From assembly GCA_045612485.1 (NCBI GenBank), contig JAZKZE010000109.1, forward strand, positions 1,483-65,482: a stretch of DNA of 64,000 nucleotides. Direction: 5' to 3'. Position numbers and translations under genes: made by a program. Source of the stretch: Victivallales bacterium (GTDB taxonomy: Bacteria > Verrucomicrobiota > Lentisphaeria > Victivallales > UBA1829). The notes below the pieces were generated by a model, which was not told the DNA's origin, made no database searches, and saw nothing but the letters and a program-made list of their open reading frames with translations. Shown in pieces: positions 36,710-47,273 of this stretch; the stretch's first letter is position 1, and every line of letters starts with the position of its first letter.

Positions 36710-36758
36710 GCCTGCCGCAAACCTTTATAATGGTTTCCGGCAGGCTCATTTCTTTTTT
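36710..36758 (+). terminator. Rho-independent terminator
   Basis: A 14-bp stem GCCTGCCGCAAACC/GGTTTCCGGCAGGC (one mismatch) followed by TCATTTCTTTTTT. Confidence 0.75.
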
Positions 36759-36806
36759 CTGTCTGCCCTTTCCGGCAGCCCCCGGGAAAGAAGCAATGCT
36801 TTTCAC

Positions 36807-36835
36807 TTGAAAAAATCCTTTTCATAAGTTATATT
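36807..36835 (+). promoter_or_regulatory. candidate sigma70-type promoter for leuCD-like operon
   Basis: TTGAAA (36807-36812), a 17-nt spacer, then TATATT (36830-36835), 55 nt upstream of ATG 36890. Confidence 0.5.
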
Positions 36836-36889
36836 AATAAACCGTTCCGGAAACAGTAACATTATTTATATACCTCAAAGGAGAAGAAA

Positions 36890-38176
36890 ATGGGAAAGAC
36901 TGTTGCACAGAAGATCTTTGACGCACATTGCAAGGATACCCCCGCAGAGGGCGTATTTGTGCTTTCTCTGGACAGAGTATTCTGCCATGAGATCACAACC
37001 CCTATCGCCATCAATGACCTTGTAGAAAAAGGCAAAGACCGCGTTTACGACGCAGAAAAAATCAAAGCGGTGATCGACCATGTGACCCCCGCAAAAGATT
37101 CCAAGACCGCCCTTCAGGGCAAAACATTGCGTGACTGGGCACGCAGACACAATATCAAAGACTTTTTCGACATCGGCAGAAATGGTGTCTGTCATGCCAT
37201 CTTCCCTGAAAAGGGTTTTGTCCGTCCCGGTTATACCATTATCATGGGAGACTCCCATACCTGTACCCACGGTGCCTTCGGTGCCTTTGCCGCAGGCGTA
37301 GGAACTACCGACCTGGAAGTGGGTATCCTTAAAGGAGTCTGCATCATGCGCGAACCCAAGACCATCAAAATCGATGTAAAGGGCAAACTGCGTAATGGTG
37401 TATATGCCAAAGACCTGATCCTTACGATCATCAAACTTCTCACTGTCAACGGAGCTACCGACCATGTGATCGAATTTGCCGGGGAAGGTGTGGAAGTTAT
37501 GGGAATGGATTCCAGAATGACCCTCTGCAATATGGCGATCGAAGCCGGGGCGACCTGCGGTATCTGTTACCCTGACATGGTCACTGTAGATTATCTGTGG
37601 CCCTTCATCAAAGATGAATTTACCTCGAAAGAAGCCGCCCTCAAAGAATATTCCAAATGGCTGCCCGATGCTGGTGCAAATTATGTAAAGGTCATTGAGA
37701 TCAATGCCGCTGAGATCGAACCTGTGATGACGGTAAACTACAAGCCCGATCAGGTAAAGACCATCCGGGAAATGGAAGGAACAAAGATCGACCAGATCTA
37801 TATCGGAAGCTGTACAAACGGAAGGATCGAAGACCTGCGTATTGCCGCTGAGATCGTAAAAGGCAAAACCGTTCACCCCATGGTGCGTGCCATTGTCTCA
37901 CCTGCCACATGCGATATTTACCGTCAGGCGGAAGATGAAGGATTGATCAAGATCTTTGCCGATGCCGGATTCTGTGTGACCAATGCCACCTGCGGAGCCT
38001 GTCTGGGAATGAGTAATGGTGTGCTTGCGGAAGGAGAGGTATGTGCCAGTACCACCAACCGTAACTTCAACGGACGTATGGGTAAAGGAGGTATGGTACA
38101 TCTTATGAGTCCCGCTTCTGCCGCCTCTGCCGCCATCGCCGGCGAGATCAAAAACTCCCCCCTTTTCAAAGACTGA
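36890..38176 (+). CDS. leuC: Aconitase-family hydro-lyase large subunit (3-isopropylmalate dehydratase LeuC / homoaconitase type)
   Basis: MGKTVAQKIFDAH..., Fe-S ligand contexts MGDSHTCTHGAFGAFA, GSCTNGRIEDL and NATCGACLG. The ~420-aa short LeuC type. Confidence 0.85.
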   Translation: MGKTVAQKIFDAHCKDTPAEGVFVLSLDRVFCHEITTPIAINDLVEKGKDRVYDAEKIKAVIDHVTPAKDSKTALQGKTLRDWARRHNIKDFFDIGRNGVCHAIFPEKGFVRPGYTIIMGDSHTCTHGAFGAFAAGVGTTDLEVGILKGVCIMREPKTIKIDVKGKLRNGVYAKDLILTIIKLLTVNGATDHVIEFAGEGVEVMGMDSRMTLCNMAIEAGATCGICYPDMVTVDYLWPFIKDEFTSKEAALKEYSKWLPDAGANYVKVIEINAAEIEPVMTVNYKPDQVKTIREMEGTKIDQIYIGSCTNGRIEDLRIAAEIVKGKTVHPMVRAIVSPATCDIYRQAEDEGLIKIFADAGFCVTNATCGACLGMSNGVLAEGEVCASTTNRNFNGRMGKGGMVHLMSPASAASAAIAGEIKNSPLFKD

Positions 38177-38195
38177 GTAAAACAGAAGGTGAAAA

Positions 38196-38720
38196 ATGAA
38201 AAATTTCAATGGTAAAATCCTTTTTCTTGACCGCTCTGATATCAATACAGACGAGATCATCCCGGCAAAATATCTTACGGAAGCTACCAAAAGTGCTTTG
38301 AAGCCCTACTGTCTGGAAGATCTGATCCTCCCCGGATTCGATCCCAAAAAAGACATTGAAGGCAAAAGTGTCATTGTGACCCGTGCCAACTTCGGCTGCG
38401 GTTCCTCCCGTGAACATGCCCCCTGGGTATTGGAATACAACGACATCAATATTGTCATTGCTGTAAACTTTGCCCGTATCTTCCGTCAGAACATGTCCAA
38501 CTGCGGTCTTATGGCTGTTACATTGCCGGAAGAGACCATTGATGAGATCTTCAAACGCTTTGCCGGCACCCCCGCCGAATGTGTTACAGATTTTGAAGCC
38601 GGTACTCTTACCATCTCCAATGATAAAGATTCCATGACATGTTCCTATGAGATCAGCGGTTTTGACGCTGCTCTTGTGAAAGCAGGAGGCTGGGTGGAAT
38701 ACGCCGATAAAAATTATTGA
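38196..38720 (+). CDS. leuD: Aconitase-family hydro-lyase small subunit (LeuD type)
   Basis: TDEIIPAKYL...ANFGCGSSREHAPW, placed immediately after the large subunit. Confidence 0.85.
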   Translation: MKNFNGKILFLDRSDINTDEIIPAKYLTEATKSALKPYCLEDLILPGFDPKKDIEGKSVIVTRANFGCGSSREHAPWVLEYNDINIVIAVNFARIFRQNMSNCGLMAVTLPEETIDEIFKRFAGTPAECVTDFEAGTLTISNDKDSMTCSYEISGFDAALVKAGGWVEYADKNY

Positions 38721-38749
38721 TCGGCTGTATCCTGTTTGCAATATATGAG

Positions 38750-38790
38750 ATCCGGTTGTTCACTGCCGATGCAGCACAGCCGGATTTTTT
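38750..38790 (+). terminator. Rho-independent terminator after leuD-like gene
   Basis: ATCCGGTTG...CAGCCGGAT hairpin followed by TTTTTT. Confidence 0.55.
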
Positions 38791-38968
38791 ATGCAATACT
38801 GCTGTAAAGTTTCAGTTTGAGATTTATAGTGCAATTTTTCAGAATTATAATGCAAGCAGAAAATCTTGTATTTAACAAAACACGCTATATAGTATCTTGT
38901 TAAAGTTGAATACGGTGTTATATGGATCGCATATAAAAAATGAAAATAAAATACAGGAAACAAGTGAT

Positions 38969-39937
38969 ATGCGGAAAAAATATTTTACATTGATCGAACT
39001 TCTGGTGGTCACCTCACAACTCTGCCGTGATTTTTTCAAACGCTTTATTTGTACGGATCAGTACGGATGTGTACGGAAACATACGGAGAGTGCCGCTCAC
39101 AAAAATACACCACATCATACTTGCAAAGCAAGTGCTTCATGTTTGCCGCAGGCAAACGCTTCATGCAGCAACGCTGCGCTTCACACGGCGGAGCCGTGCT
39201 TCATTCGATCAGCGTTCACGCTGATCGAGCTATTGGTTGTTATTGCCATCATTGCCATTCTTGCAGGGATGCTTCTTCCTGCGTTGAACAAAGCAAGACA
39301 GGCGGCACTTGCCACACAGTGTATCAACAATCAGAAACAGGTGGCATTGACTATTCAGGTTTACGCAGATGATTATCAGGATTTCTTTCCCGGAAACTCC
39401 ATTACCAATCCCACATTTTTTGCCTTTCCATTATACAGAAGCACCGGCTATATAAAGAATATGAATATAACAGTCTGTCCCTCCTTTTATCCCAACAAAT
39501 ACAGTTCCGATAATCTGAACTACAACTCTCTTACCTACGGAACCTGTAATACGACCTACGGAACAAATTATTCCAGAACCTATCACAAAATGAGGACTCT
39601 TTCCAAAATGTACAGTTATACCGGCTCTGCTCCGATCCCTCCCAGTATGCAGATCATGTACACCGATACTCTTGCCGGAACCGTTGTCGTTGGAGAAGGT
39701 AAACAGCGGCAGATGGCGAATTATTCCTGGCAGAATTCCAATACCGCCACCGCCAATGCTGTCCACCTGCGGCACTCCAAAAAAGCCAATGTGCAGCACG
39801 CCGACGGCAGTGTAGGCGCATACGGAGCCGCAGATTTCAGGAAAAGATACCGGTGGTTCTATAACAGCAAGGGTCCGGGTACAAACAGCGGGTATTCTCC
39901 CAATGTGCGTTATTATTTCGGCGTAGTTATGCAATAA
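38969..39937 (+). CDS. Prepilin-type N-terminal cleavage/methylation domain protein with duplicated leader (H-X9-DG-like C-terminus)
   Basis: [14 protein letters not shown], then a 67-aa Cys/His-rich spacer, then [32 protein letters not shown]-terminal [17 protein letters not shown]. Start at ATG 38969; the track ORF starts at 38897. Confidence 0.75.
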   Translation: MRKKYFTLIELLVVTSQLCRDFFKRFICTDQYGCVRKHTESAAHKNTPHHTCKASASCLPQANASCSNAALHTAEPCFIRSAFTLIELLVVIAIIAILAGMLLPALNKARQAALATQCINNQKQVALTIQVYADDYQDFFPGNSITNPTFFAFPLYRSTGYIKNMNITVCPSFYPNKYSSDNLNYNSLTYGTCNTTYGTNYSRTYHKMRTLSKMYSYTGSAPIPPSMQIMYTDTLAGTVVVGEGKQRQMANYSWQNSNTATANAVHLRHSKKANVQHADGSVGAYGAADFRKRYRWFYNSKGPGTNSGYSPNVRYYFGVVMQ

Positions 39938-39962
39938 ATCAAAATAAAACAGGACAATCACA

Positions 39963-42377
39963 ATGAAAAAGAAGAGTTTTGCATTTGTTTTTCTGGCGGT
40001 TTTTCTTGCCGGAAGTTTTTTCACACTTTCGGGGAAAGAAACTCTGGGAAAAGAGGTCAGGAAAAAGATCATCAGTTTCGGCAACAGCGGATTTACTCCG
40101 GCAAATGTGGAAAAATATCTGGGGGAACTGGAAGAAAAATGGCTGCCCGGTTATGACGGGGTGAATATCATTACTTCCAAAAACGTGAAACTTCCTGACG
40201 GAAAAAGATTGAATCTGGAATGGAAATGGTTTTCCAAAACCAGATTTCAGAAAGAGTGGTATTCTGAAGAGATAAAAAGTTTGCAGAACATCCATAAAAA
40301 GGCAAAAAAATTCAAATACAACTTTCTGGATACAAGTGCCTCCTCCTTCACCGGGGAATTTGATCTTTTTGATGATGAATTCTGGGAAATCGTCTGCAAC
40401 AACTTTTCTGTAATGGCGTATGTGGCAAAACAGGGGGGATGCAAAGGGATCCGGTTTGACCTGGAAGATTACGGCAATCAGCAGAAATTCCTCTATCGTC
40501 CCGAATGTGGCAGAAGTTATGAAGAAGCATGGCAAATGGCACGGAAAAGGGGACAGCAATGGATGAAGGCTGTGGCAAAAGAGTTTCCGGATATTGATAT
40601 ATTCTGTTTCTTCTGGCTGGATCTCATGTTCGGTTTTGCCGACGGTATGCCGGATACCAAAGGAAGGCTGGAAGCGTGTTCCACAGGACTTCTTGTAGCA
40701 TTTATCAACGGGATCTACGACGCTCTTCCCCCCACCGCCCGGATCATTGACGGTATGGAGGAACGGGGATATGGCGCAAAGAATTTTACAGATTTCTGTG
40801 CCATGCGCGGTATGAGAGATGTGCGGTACAAGCGTCTCCTTGCTCCGGAAAATCATAAAAAACTCCGGGAACAGACTTCTCTTGCTGTTGCAACTTACCT
40901 TTCTGCCTATTATGGCAAAAAAGGTGACTTTGATACGACCCGGACAAGAGAGAAAGAAGGATTGAGCCAGTTGGATTTTTTCCGTAGGAATCTTACTTTT
41001 GCGGTGGATTTTTCCGATGAATATTCCTGGACTTACAATGGATTTTTGCGGAAATATTCCCCTGTACCCTCTTCTCACGGATGGCAGGAACAGAATCTTC
41101 TGAAATCCCCGGAGATCCCCAGCCCTTATATCGGTATGGCTATCCCCGGTATTGAAGAGACCGTTCTTTTTGCAAAAGATCCCCACGCATTTGCCATGAA
41201 CCGGATCCGGAAGGATAAAAACCTTCCCAACCTTCTTCTCAACGGGGATTTTGAGTGGGGGAAAAAGAAGAAAAAAGAGGATATTCCTGTTGCTCCCGCT
41301 TGTGTGGAAGTGAAAAATGTTCCTCACTGGATATTTTATAAAAACAAGAACAGTGATGCAACGGTTTCTCTGGCAAAGGGTATGGGGATCGATAAGGGTA
41401 CGGCAATAAAAATTTCCGGAAAGCCCGGAGCCAGTATCCACGCCAATGTGCGTGTGCAGCAGGGAAAAGTCTATGTAGTGCGTGCCGTAAGCAAAAAATC
41501 AGGTAAAGGCGGCGGGATTTTGCGTATCCAGTGGAAAAATGCCAAAGGAAAATGGCATAATCACTCTATGATCATTTCCGCCCCTTACAATGAAGATTTG
41601 AGCAACGGCTGGAAAAGAGCGACTCTTTTTGTCCGCGAGATCCCGGAAACTTCCGCATACCTTTGTCCGCTTCTCACTTACACAGGAACAGGGAAAGAGG
41701 ACAGTATCCTCATAGATAAAGTGGAGGTATTCAGTTTGTTTGAAGGGAAAGCAAAAGTTGCCCCTCATTTGAAGGATGCCATGGAAAAATGGCAGAAAAT
41801 GAAAGAGGACAACAGTAAAAATGCTCTTTTGAAAACTGCTGTAAAAGTAAGTAAGACAGATAAAAATGAGAGGATCGTCAAAGGCGTATTCGGCGGCAGA
41901 AATATTTTGACAGATGAAAAAGTCCTTTCCGGAAATATTGTATTATGCAAGGCGGATTTTCAGTGCGGAAGTGCAAAAAAAATGCCGGGAAAATTTTTCA
42001 AAGCAGTTGGAAAAAATGTTGGCTTTGCCGATGATACTGCCGGTTTGCTGAAGGACGGAAACGGATATTTTCTTTTTCCGGTCGCGGGAATCAAAGCGGG
42101 AGAGAAATATAAAATAAGCGTGAAGGTGAAAAAGACTTCAGGAAACGTTCTCTGTAAAGTACAATATTCCACTCCGGGCGTAAGAGGATTCGATTATGCC
42201 AGAGGTATTCCTGTATTGAAGGAAAAGAAGGCATTGGGTAATAACTGGGAAGAATATTCCGGAGTGATTACGATTCCTGAAAAAGTAAACCGTTTTTCTG
42301 TGATCGTAAGCACAAAGGGTCTGAAAAAAGGGGATCTCCTTTTCATTGATGATGTATCTGCAATAAAAGCGGAATAA
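39963..42377 (+). CDS. secreted hypothetical protein (804 aa) with possible CBM4/9-like beta-sandwich modules
   Basis: Signal peptide MKKKSFAFVFLAVFLAGSFF. LLLNGDFEWG is typical of the start of CBM_4_9/galactose-binding-like modules. Function not established. Confidence 0.6.
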   Translation: MKKKSFAFVFLAVFLAGSFFTLSGKETLGKEVRKKIISFGNSGFTPANVEKYLGELEEKWLPGYDGVNIITSKNVKLPDGKRLNLEWKWFSKTRFQKEWYSEEIKSLQNIHKKAKKFKYNFLDTSASSFTGEFDLFDDEFWEIVCNNFSVMAYVAKQGGCKGIRFDLEDYGNQQKFLYRPECGRSYEEAWQMARKRGQQWMKAVAKEFPDIDIFCFFWLDLMFGFADGMPDTKGRLEACSTGLLVAFINGIYDALPPTARIIDGMEERGYGAKNFTDFCAMRGMRDVRYKRLLAPENHKKLREQTSLAVATYLSAYYGKKGDFDTTRTREKEGLSQLDFFRRNLTFAVDFSDEYSWTYNGFLRKYSPVPSSHGWQEQNLLKSPEIPSPYIGMAIPGIEETVLFAKDPHAFAMNRIRKDKNLPNLLLNGDFEWGKKKKKEDIPVAPACVEVKNVPHWIFYKNKNSDATVSLAKGMGIDKGTAIKISGKPGASIHANVRVQQGKVYVVRAVSKKSGKGGGILRIQWKNAKGKWHNHSMIISAPYNEDLSNGWKRATLFVREIPETSAYLCPLLTYTGTGKEDSILIDKVEVFSLFEGKAKVAPHLKDAMEKWQKMKEDNSKNALLKTAVKVSKTDKNERIVKGVFGGRNILTDEKVLSGNIVLCKADFQCGSAKKMPGKFFKAVGKNVGFADDTAGLLKDGNGYFLFPVAGIKAGEKYKISVKVKKTSGNVLCKVQYSTPGVRGFDYARGIPVLKEKKALGNNWEEYSGVITIPEKVNRFSVIVSTKGLKKGDLLFIDDVSAIKAE

Positions 42378-42413
42378 ACCTGTCTTTTTGCATTAACGAA
42401 GTTTCATACAAAC

Positions 42414-43328
42414 TCAAGCCATTACGGCGGCAAAATCTGCCATGATTTCTGCCGCCGTATAATTATGGGAAATACTCACTTCATGTTGATGACTGCGCAG
42501 ACGGGGTGCAGAAGCAAACTTCTTTTTAACAGTTTCCCAGTCAATATTACCGCGGGATAAAAGATCATGGGTATCTGTATCAGTGAAATTCCCATGCAAA
42601 TGTGTCGTTACAATATATGGCAGCATTTTATCCAGAATATCATCATCCCAGGGGATGCGCCCTATGGAGCAGCACCGTGGGATCCAGCCGCATCTCCGTG
42701 TTCCGGAAGCAGACATGACATTGGCATGTCCTGCATCAAAACAAAGTCCGAGGAACGGAGAATCAAACTTGCGGCAGAACCCGGCAAGAACATCGCCGGA
42801 AGTTACTTCTGTCCAGATATTTTCCAATGCAATGACCACACCATATTTTTCTGCATGGGGCAATACTTTCTCCAGAGCATCCTCCACATAAGAACACCAT
42901 TCCCGCAAACTGTGCTTCGGTCTGTCCTTCACTTCAGGATCCGGTTCTGTATGAAAAGCACATGTATCTGCGCCAAACATTGCTGCCAATTCTATGGTCT
43001 GTCTGATACGGTCAAGCATTCTTTCCCGGGGGCCGTCAAAAGGCAGCGACATTTCTTCCCCTGCTCCGATACTCCTGTTCCATGCGCCATGAGCGCAACG
43101 GCAGGAGACACCATATTTTTCATGTATTTTGCGTACCGGCTCAATCCGCTGCGGATTATCAAGCAATTCCATAAGCAGATCACTGTTCAATGTCAGCAAA
43201 TTCTGTCCGCAGGAAAGATTATCTTCAATATAGGCAGTAACAGCCCTGTCACTTTTATCATTTTCCGGCAGCCCGGCATAACCTACAAGGGGAATATTCT
43301 GTACATTATAAAAAGCCATAATCACCAC
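42414..43328 (-). CDS. Sugar phosphate isomerase/epimerase (xylose isomerase-like TIM barrel)
   Basis: Pattern CAFHTEP, VIALENIW, GLCFDAGHANV, TTHLHGN. Confidence 0.75.
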   Translation of the reverse strand: MVIMAFYNVQNIPLVGYAGLPENDKSDRAVTAYIEDNLSCGQNLLTLNSDLLMELLDNPQRIEPVRKIHEKYGVSCRCAHGAWNRSIGAGEEMSLPFDGPRERMLDRIRQTIELAAMFGADTCAFHTEPDPEVKDRPKHSLREWCSYVEDALEKVLPHAEKYGVVIALENIWTEVTSGDVLAGFCRKFDSPFLGLCFDAGHANVMSASGTRRCGWIPRCCSIGRIPWDDDILDKMLPYIVTTHLHGNFTDTDTHDLLSRGNIDWETVKKKFASAPRLRSHQHEVSISHNYTAAEIMADFAAVMA

Positions 43329-43425
43329 ATCTGAATGAAATATTTTTTACAGTACACATTAATATACACGCATTTTCTGTAAAAATCAAACCCGGGCATT
43401 TTTTCCATAACAACTCAAATTCCAC

Positions 43426-44337
43426 TCATCCAAGAAGAATGGAAATAAGTTCTATCTCCTGCCGGACAAGACCTTCATCGTCCAGAAGAAGCCACTCTCC
43501 CAGCCATCCCATACGGGTGGCAGCGATCATTTCCGGAAGATGTTCCCATGCCTCATCCGGCATAAAAGAATTTTTATAAAGAGTATCCTGCAATGCCCTG
43601 ACAGCAGGTGAAGAAAGATTGTCCGGGTGATCCATGGCAAGACAGCCGATAAGTAGAGCCATATCATACCCGGGAAATTTCAGTCCTGTAAATTCCCAGT
43701 CGATCACCGCTTTGATCTTTCCATTTTCCATAAGAATATTTCCCGGATGAAAATCCCCGTGTGCAAACATACTTTCCGCTTTCCGTTCCCATTTGAAAAA
43801 AGGAGCAAGAAGTCTTTCAAACTCCTGAAGCCTGCCTGTAATGGAAGGTATTTTCTTTTGAGCAAATTTCATCAGTTCCGGAAGAAAATCCGACATATAA
43901 AAAACAGGATTGGGCATGGCAGGCAGATTACCGGCTCTGCTGACAGTTTTCTTCATCTGCAAAAGGAAATCTGCCCACAGGAATCCATATTTTTCATTTG
44001 TACCAAACAAATGCCGGGATATTTTCTCTGCCGGGATATAGGGTCTCACCTGCCAGAAAAGACCATGGATGACCTCTCCGTGACAGCCGGATCGGGTACG
44101 GACAAACGGATGAACTGCCAAAAAATGGTTTTCTGCGAAAAATTCCAGAAGAAGATTCTGCCGGATCTGGGAAGTTTTTTTATTCAAATTATACCCTTCT
44201 GCGATATAAAACTTTCCCATATCATCCCGGAACAGGAAACGGCGTTCTGTCCGGTTGGGACTTCCGGTAATAAGAGAATGATCTTCTATTCCGGCAAAAG
44301 ATATATTCCAGAAGGAAAGGATCTCTTCTTCACTCAT
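43426..44337 (-). CDS. Phosphotransferase (APH/choline-kinase-like) family kinase
   Basis: Brenner/catalytic loop MFAHGDFHPGNILMENGKIKAVIDWEFTG. Confidence 0.75.
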   Translation of the reverse strand: MSEEEILSFWNISFAGIEDHSLITGSPNRTERRFLFRDDMGKFYIAEGYNLNKKTSQIRQNLLLEFFAENHFLAVHPFVRTRSGCHGEVIHGLFWQVRPYIPAEKISRHLFGTNEKYGFLWADFLLQMKKTVSRAGNLPAMPNPVFYMSDFLPELMKFAQKKIPSITGRLQEFERLLAPFFKWERKAESMFAHGDFHPGNILMENGKIKAVIDWEFTGLKFPGYDMALLIGCLAMDHPDNLSSPAVRALQDTLYKNSFMPDEAWEHLPEMIAATRMGWLGEWLLLDDEGLVRQEIELISILLG

Positions 44338-44370
44338 AACAAAACCTCATTTTCAGTCCTGTTTCTCTCC

Positions 44371-45693
44371 TTACTGTTCCCATTTTTTATACCGGAAACA
44401 GAAGGCAATAATGATGGATACAAGCATAAGATACTGGTAATACTGCGTTCCAAGAAGATCCAGTGTGGAAACAGCAATACCGGAAGTTTTGGTGATCCCC
44501 ACCGCTATAAGTATCTGCGCCCCGTAAGGGATGATCCCCTGGATAAAACAGGATGCGGTATCCAGAATACTGGCAACACGGCGGCCCTGACAATGGTATC
44601 TTTCACTCAATTCCCGGGCAATGGGGCCGGCTATAACAATGGCTACTGTATTATTGGCGGTAAAAAGATTTACCACAGACACAAGCAGAAAAATCCCGAT
44701 TTCACAACCTTTTTGCGTATGAATGGCTTTACGGATCTTTTCCATAAGAAATGTTATACCGCCGTTCCAGCGGATAAGTTTCAGCAATCCTCCGGCAAGA
44801 ATGGCAACGATCAATGTTTCTGACATTCCCAGAGTCCCCTGCCCACAGGCACTTAATGCGCCCCAGATGTCAAAGGCTCCCGCACATATCCCCAGTATAC
44901 TGGAAAAAACTACACCGAAGAACAACAGTACCATGACATTGATCCCGCACAACGCCAGAGCCAGTACAAGAATGTAGGGAACAATAAGAAGGATATGTTT
45001 CCAGTTTACACTTCCGGTGAACAGTTGCTCATAAGCATTGTTTCCGGAAAAAAGGTAAATCATAATAACAACCAGTGCCGCAGGAAGCACCATTTTGAAA
45101 TTGGCAAAAAATTTCTCCCGCATAGGGACATTCTGCGTTCTTGTAGCAGCAATAGTGGTATCGGAGATCATAGAAAGATTGTCCCCGAACATGGCTCCCC
45201 CGATCACAGCCCCCAGCATCAATTCCGGTTTGATCCCCATGGGGGCGGTCAAGCCTGCCGCAATAGGGGTAAGGGCGGCGATCGTTCCGCAGCTTGTACC
45301 GATGGCAAGGGAAATAAGAGCAGCTATAACAAAAATCCCTGCCAGAAGGAATTTTGCCGGAATCAGACTGCGGGTAATCAAAACAGCGGCATCCACAGCT
45401 CCCATTGCTTTTGCAACTGCGGCAAACGCTCCGGCAAGGATAAAGATGAGACACATAAGCATGATATTATTATCCCCCATCCCGGAGGTATAGACATTGA
45501 CTTTTTCCTGTATGGAACTTTTTCTGTTGAGAAAAAATGCCGATGCGGAAGCCACAGCAAAAGCGGCGGGCATGGGTACTTTATAAAAATCCTGTGCCCA
45601 GATGGAAAGCCCCACATAAAAAAATACAAAAACGAAAAAGGGGATCAATGCGGCAAAACGTCCCTTTTCTTCAGAATGAAATTGTGAATCCAT
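44371..45693 (-). CDS. Na+/H+ antiporter NhaC-family transporter
   Basis: Polytopic membrane protein with GAMFGDNLSMISDTTIAATRTQ, typical of the NhaC family. ATG at 45693 with AAGGAG 8 nt upstream; the track ORF starts at a TTG at 45723. Confidence 0.75.
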   Translation of the reverse strand: MDSQFHSEEKGRFAALIPFFVFVFFYVGLSIWAQDFYKVPMPAAFAVASASAFFLNRKSSIQEKVNVYTSGMGDNNIMLMCLIFILAGAFAAVAKAMGAVDAAVLITRSLIPAKFLLAGIFVIAALISLAIGTSCGTIAALTPIAAGLTAPMGIKPELMLGAVIGGAMFGDNLSMISDTTIAATRTQNVPMREKFFANFKMVLPAALVVIMIYLFSGNNAYEQLFTGSVNWKHILLIVPYILVLALALCGINVMVLLFFGVVFSSILGICAGAFDIWGALSACGQGTLGMSETLIVAILAGGLLKLIRWNGGITFLMEKIRKAIHTQKGCEIGIFLLVSVVNLFTANNTVAIVIAGPIARELSERYHCQGRRVASILDTASCFIQGIIPYGAQILIAVGITKTSGIAVSTLDLLGTQYYQYLMLVSIIIAFCFRYKKWEQ

Positions 45694-45915
45694 ATCAAAC
45701 TCCTTTATAAATTTTACGGTCAATTAATTTAGTATAAAAAGAGAAAAAAACAAGTTCCGAAAAAATATAAAAGAATAAAAGAAGCAAAACTGTTTTTTCA
45801 TTCATCCCGTCCGGAGTCCTGCTTTTTTCTGCGTTATTTACTTCAGGACTTGTAAAATGAGGGTATAAGTATTATCTTATCTGAAAATAACAGAAAAACA
45901 CAAAAGGAAAACAAC

Positions 45916-47238
45916 ATGCTCAATCTGCATAAAATGCCGGAATTTACTTTCCCTGAAAATTTCATCTGGGGCAGCGGTACCGCTGCACACCAAATCGAAG
46001 GGGATAATTATAATAATCAGTGGTATCACATGGAACAAAATAAAGTTAATCCCGCCATAAAAGAACCTTCCGGCAAGGCATGCAACAGCTGGGAAATGCT
46101 GGATGAGGATATTGCTTTACTGAAGGAGCTTGGTCATAAAGGTTATCGTTTTTCCGTGGAGTGGAGCAGGCTCGAGCCGGAAAACGGCAGATTCGATCAC
46201 GCTGCCCTTGCCCGGTATATTGATTTTTTACAGAAACTCAAAAATGCCGGGATCCATACATGTGTAACGCTTCTTCACTTTACCCATCCCCAATGGTTTG
46301 AAAATCTCGGAGGGTTCACTAAAGAGGAAAATATCCGGTATTTTACCTCTTTCATTAAATTCGTTGTCCCCCACCTTGCCCCTTACACAGATTCCTGGAC
46401 GGTGGTAAATGAGATCAATCTGGGAAGTGTGTCGGATATTCAGAAAAGAAAAATCCTTCTGAAAGCCTTTGCTTACGGTTCAGCTGTGATAAAAAATCTC
46501 TCTTCCGCACCGGTATCGGCGGCACACGCCCTTATTCCCTGTTACCCTCTGCGCCCTTATGACGATATGGATATTGCCGCCGCCCATTTAAGCAACTGGG
46601 TCACCAATGATTACTTTTTCCATGCGGTCCGTACGGGAGAGATCGTTCTTCCGCAGACAGACGGAGAATATGTGCCGGAACTGAAAAACACCTGTGATTT
46701 CTGGGCAATAAACTATTATCACAGACGGCAGGTGGATTCCCGCAAAGCAAATCTTGCGGCGGATAAATTCTATTTCAATAATTTCCGCATGTGTCTCAAC
46801 CAGGCAGTTGACCGGGAATTCAATCCGGAAGTCTTTGTCAATGCCGTTTCCCGCCTTACAGATAAACCCATCTGGATCACAGAAAACGGCGTTTGTACCG
46901 ATACCGATGAATTCCGCATCGTCTATCTTATGCTCCAATTCCAGGCAATGCAGACGGCAATGACACTGCATAAAGCCGATATTTGTGCCTACTTCCACTG
47001 GTCATTGCTGGATAATTATGAATGGGGGAGTTTTGATATGAGATTCGGTCTTGCGTCTGTGGATGGAAAGACCTTCCGCCGCACCCCGAAAAAGAGTGCA
47101 TATTTTTACAGGGATGTGATCCGCAACAATGCCGTTTCCGGAAAACTTTTTGAAAAACATACCCCAACGATCCCCCATTTCGATCTTATGGACATGGACA
47201 CAAAAAAGACTATTCTTTCCAAAGAGACCCAGGCATAA
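45916..47238 (+). CDS. Glycoside hydrolase family 1 (beta-glucosidase/6-phospho-beta-glycosidase-like)
   Basis: FPENFIWGSGTAAHQIEG, the acid/base region WTVVNEIN, the nucleophile IWITENG, and WSLLDNYEW. Confidence 0.9.
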   Translation: MLNLHKMPEFTFPENFIWGSGTAAHQIEGDNYNNQWYHMEQNKVNPAIKEPSGKACNSWEMLDEDIALLKELGHKGYRFSVEWSRLEPENGRFDHAALARYIDFLQKLKNAGIHTCVTLLHFTHPQWFENLGGFTKEENIRYFTSFIKFVVPHLAPYTDSWTVVNEINLGSVSDIQKRKILLKAFAYGSAVIKNLSSAPVSAAHALIPCYPLRPYDDMDIAAAHLSNWVTNDYFFHAVRTGEIVLPQTDGEYVPELKNTCDFWAINYYHRRQVDSRKANLAADKFYFNNFRMCLNQAVDREFNPEVFVNAVSRLTDKPIWITENGVCTDTDEFRIVYLMLQFQAMQTAMTLHKADICAYFHWSLLDNYEWGSFDMRFGLASVDGKTFRRTPKKSAYFYRDVIRNNAVSGKLFEKHTPTIPHFDLMDMDTKKTILSKETQA

Positions 47239-47273
47239 AAACGGAGTATTCTTTACTTTCCCCCGGAATATTT

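Noticed and set aside
39939-41441. 500-aa ORF on the minus strand (and similar ones at 19982-21172, 36875-37876, 38166-38741, 59732-60871, 53740-55230, 23256-24116)
   Set aside because: Each is antisense to a gene with strong family signatures (secreted 804-aa protein, phosphatase, leuC/leuD, trpS, yidC, rseP). None has a motif or a plausible RBS.
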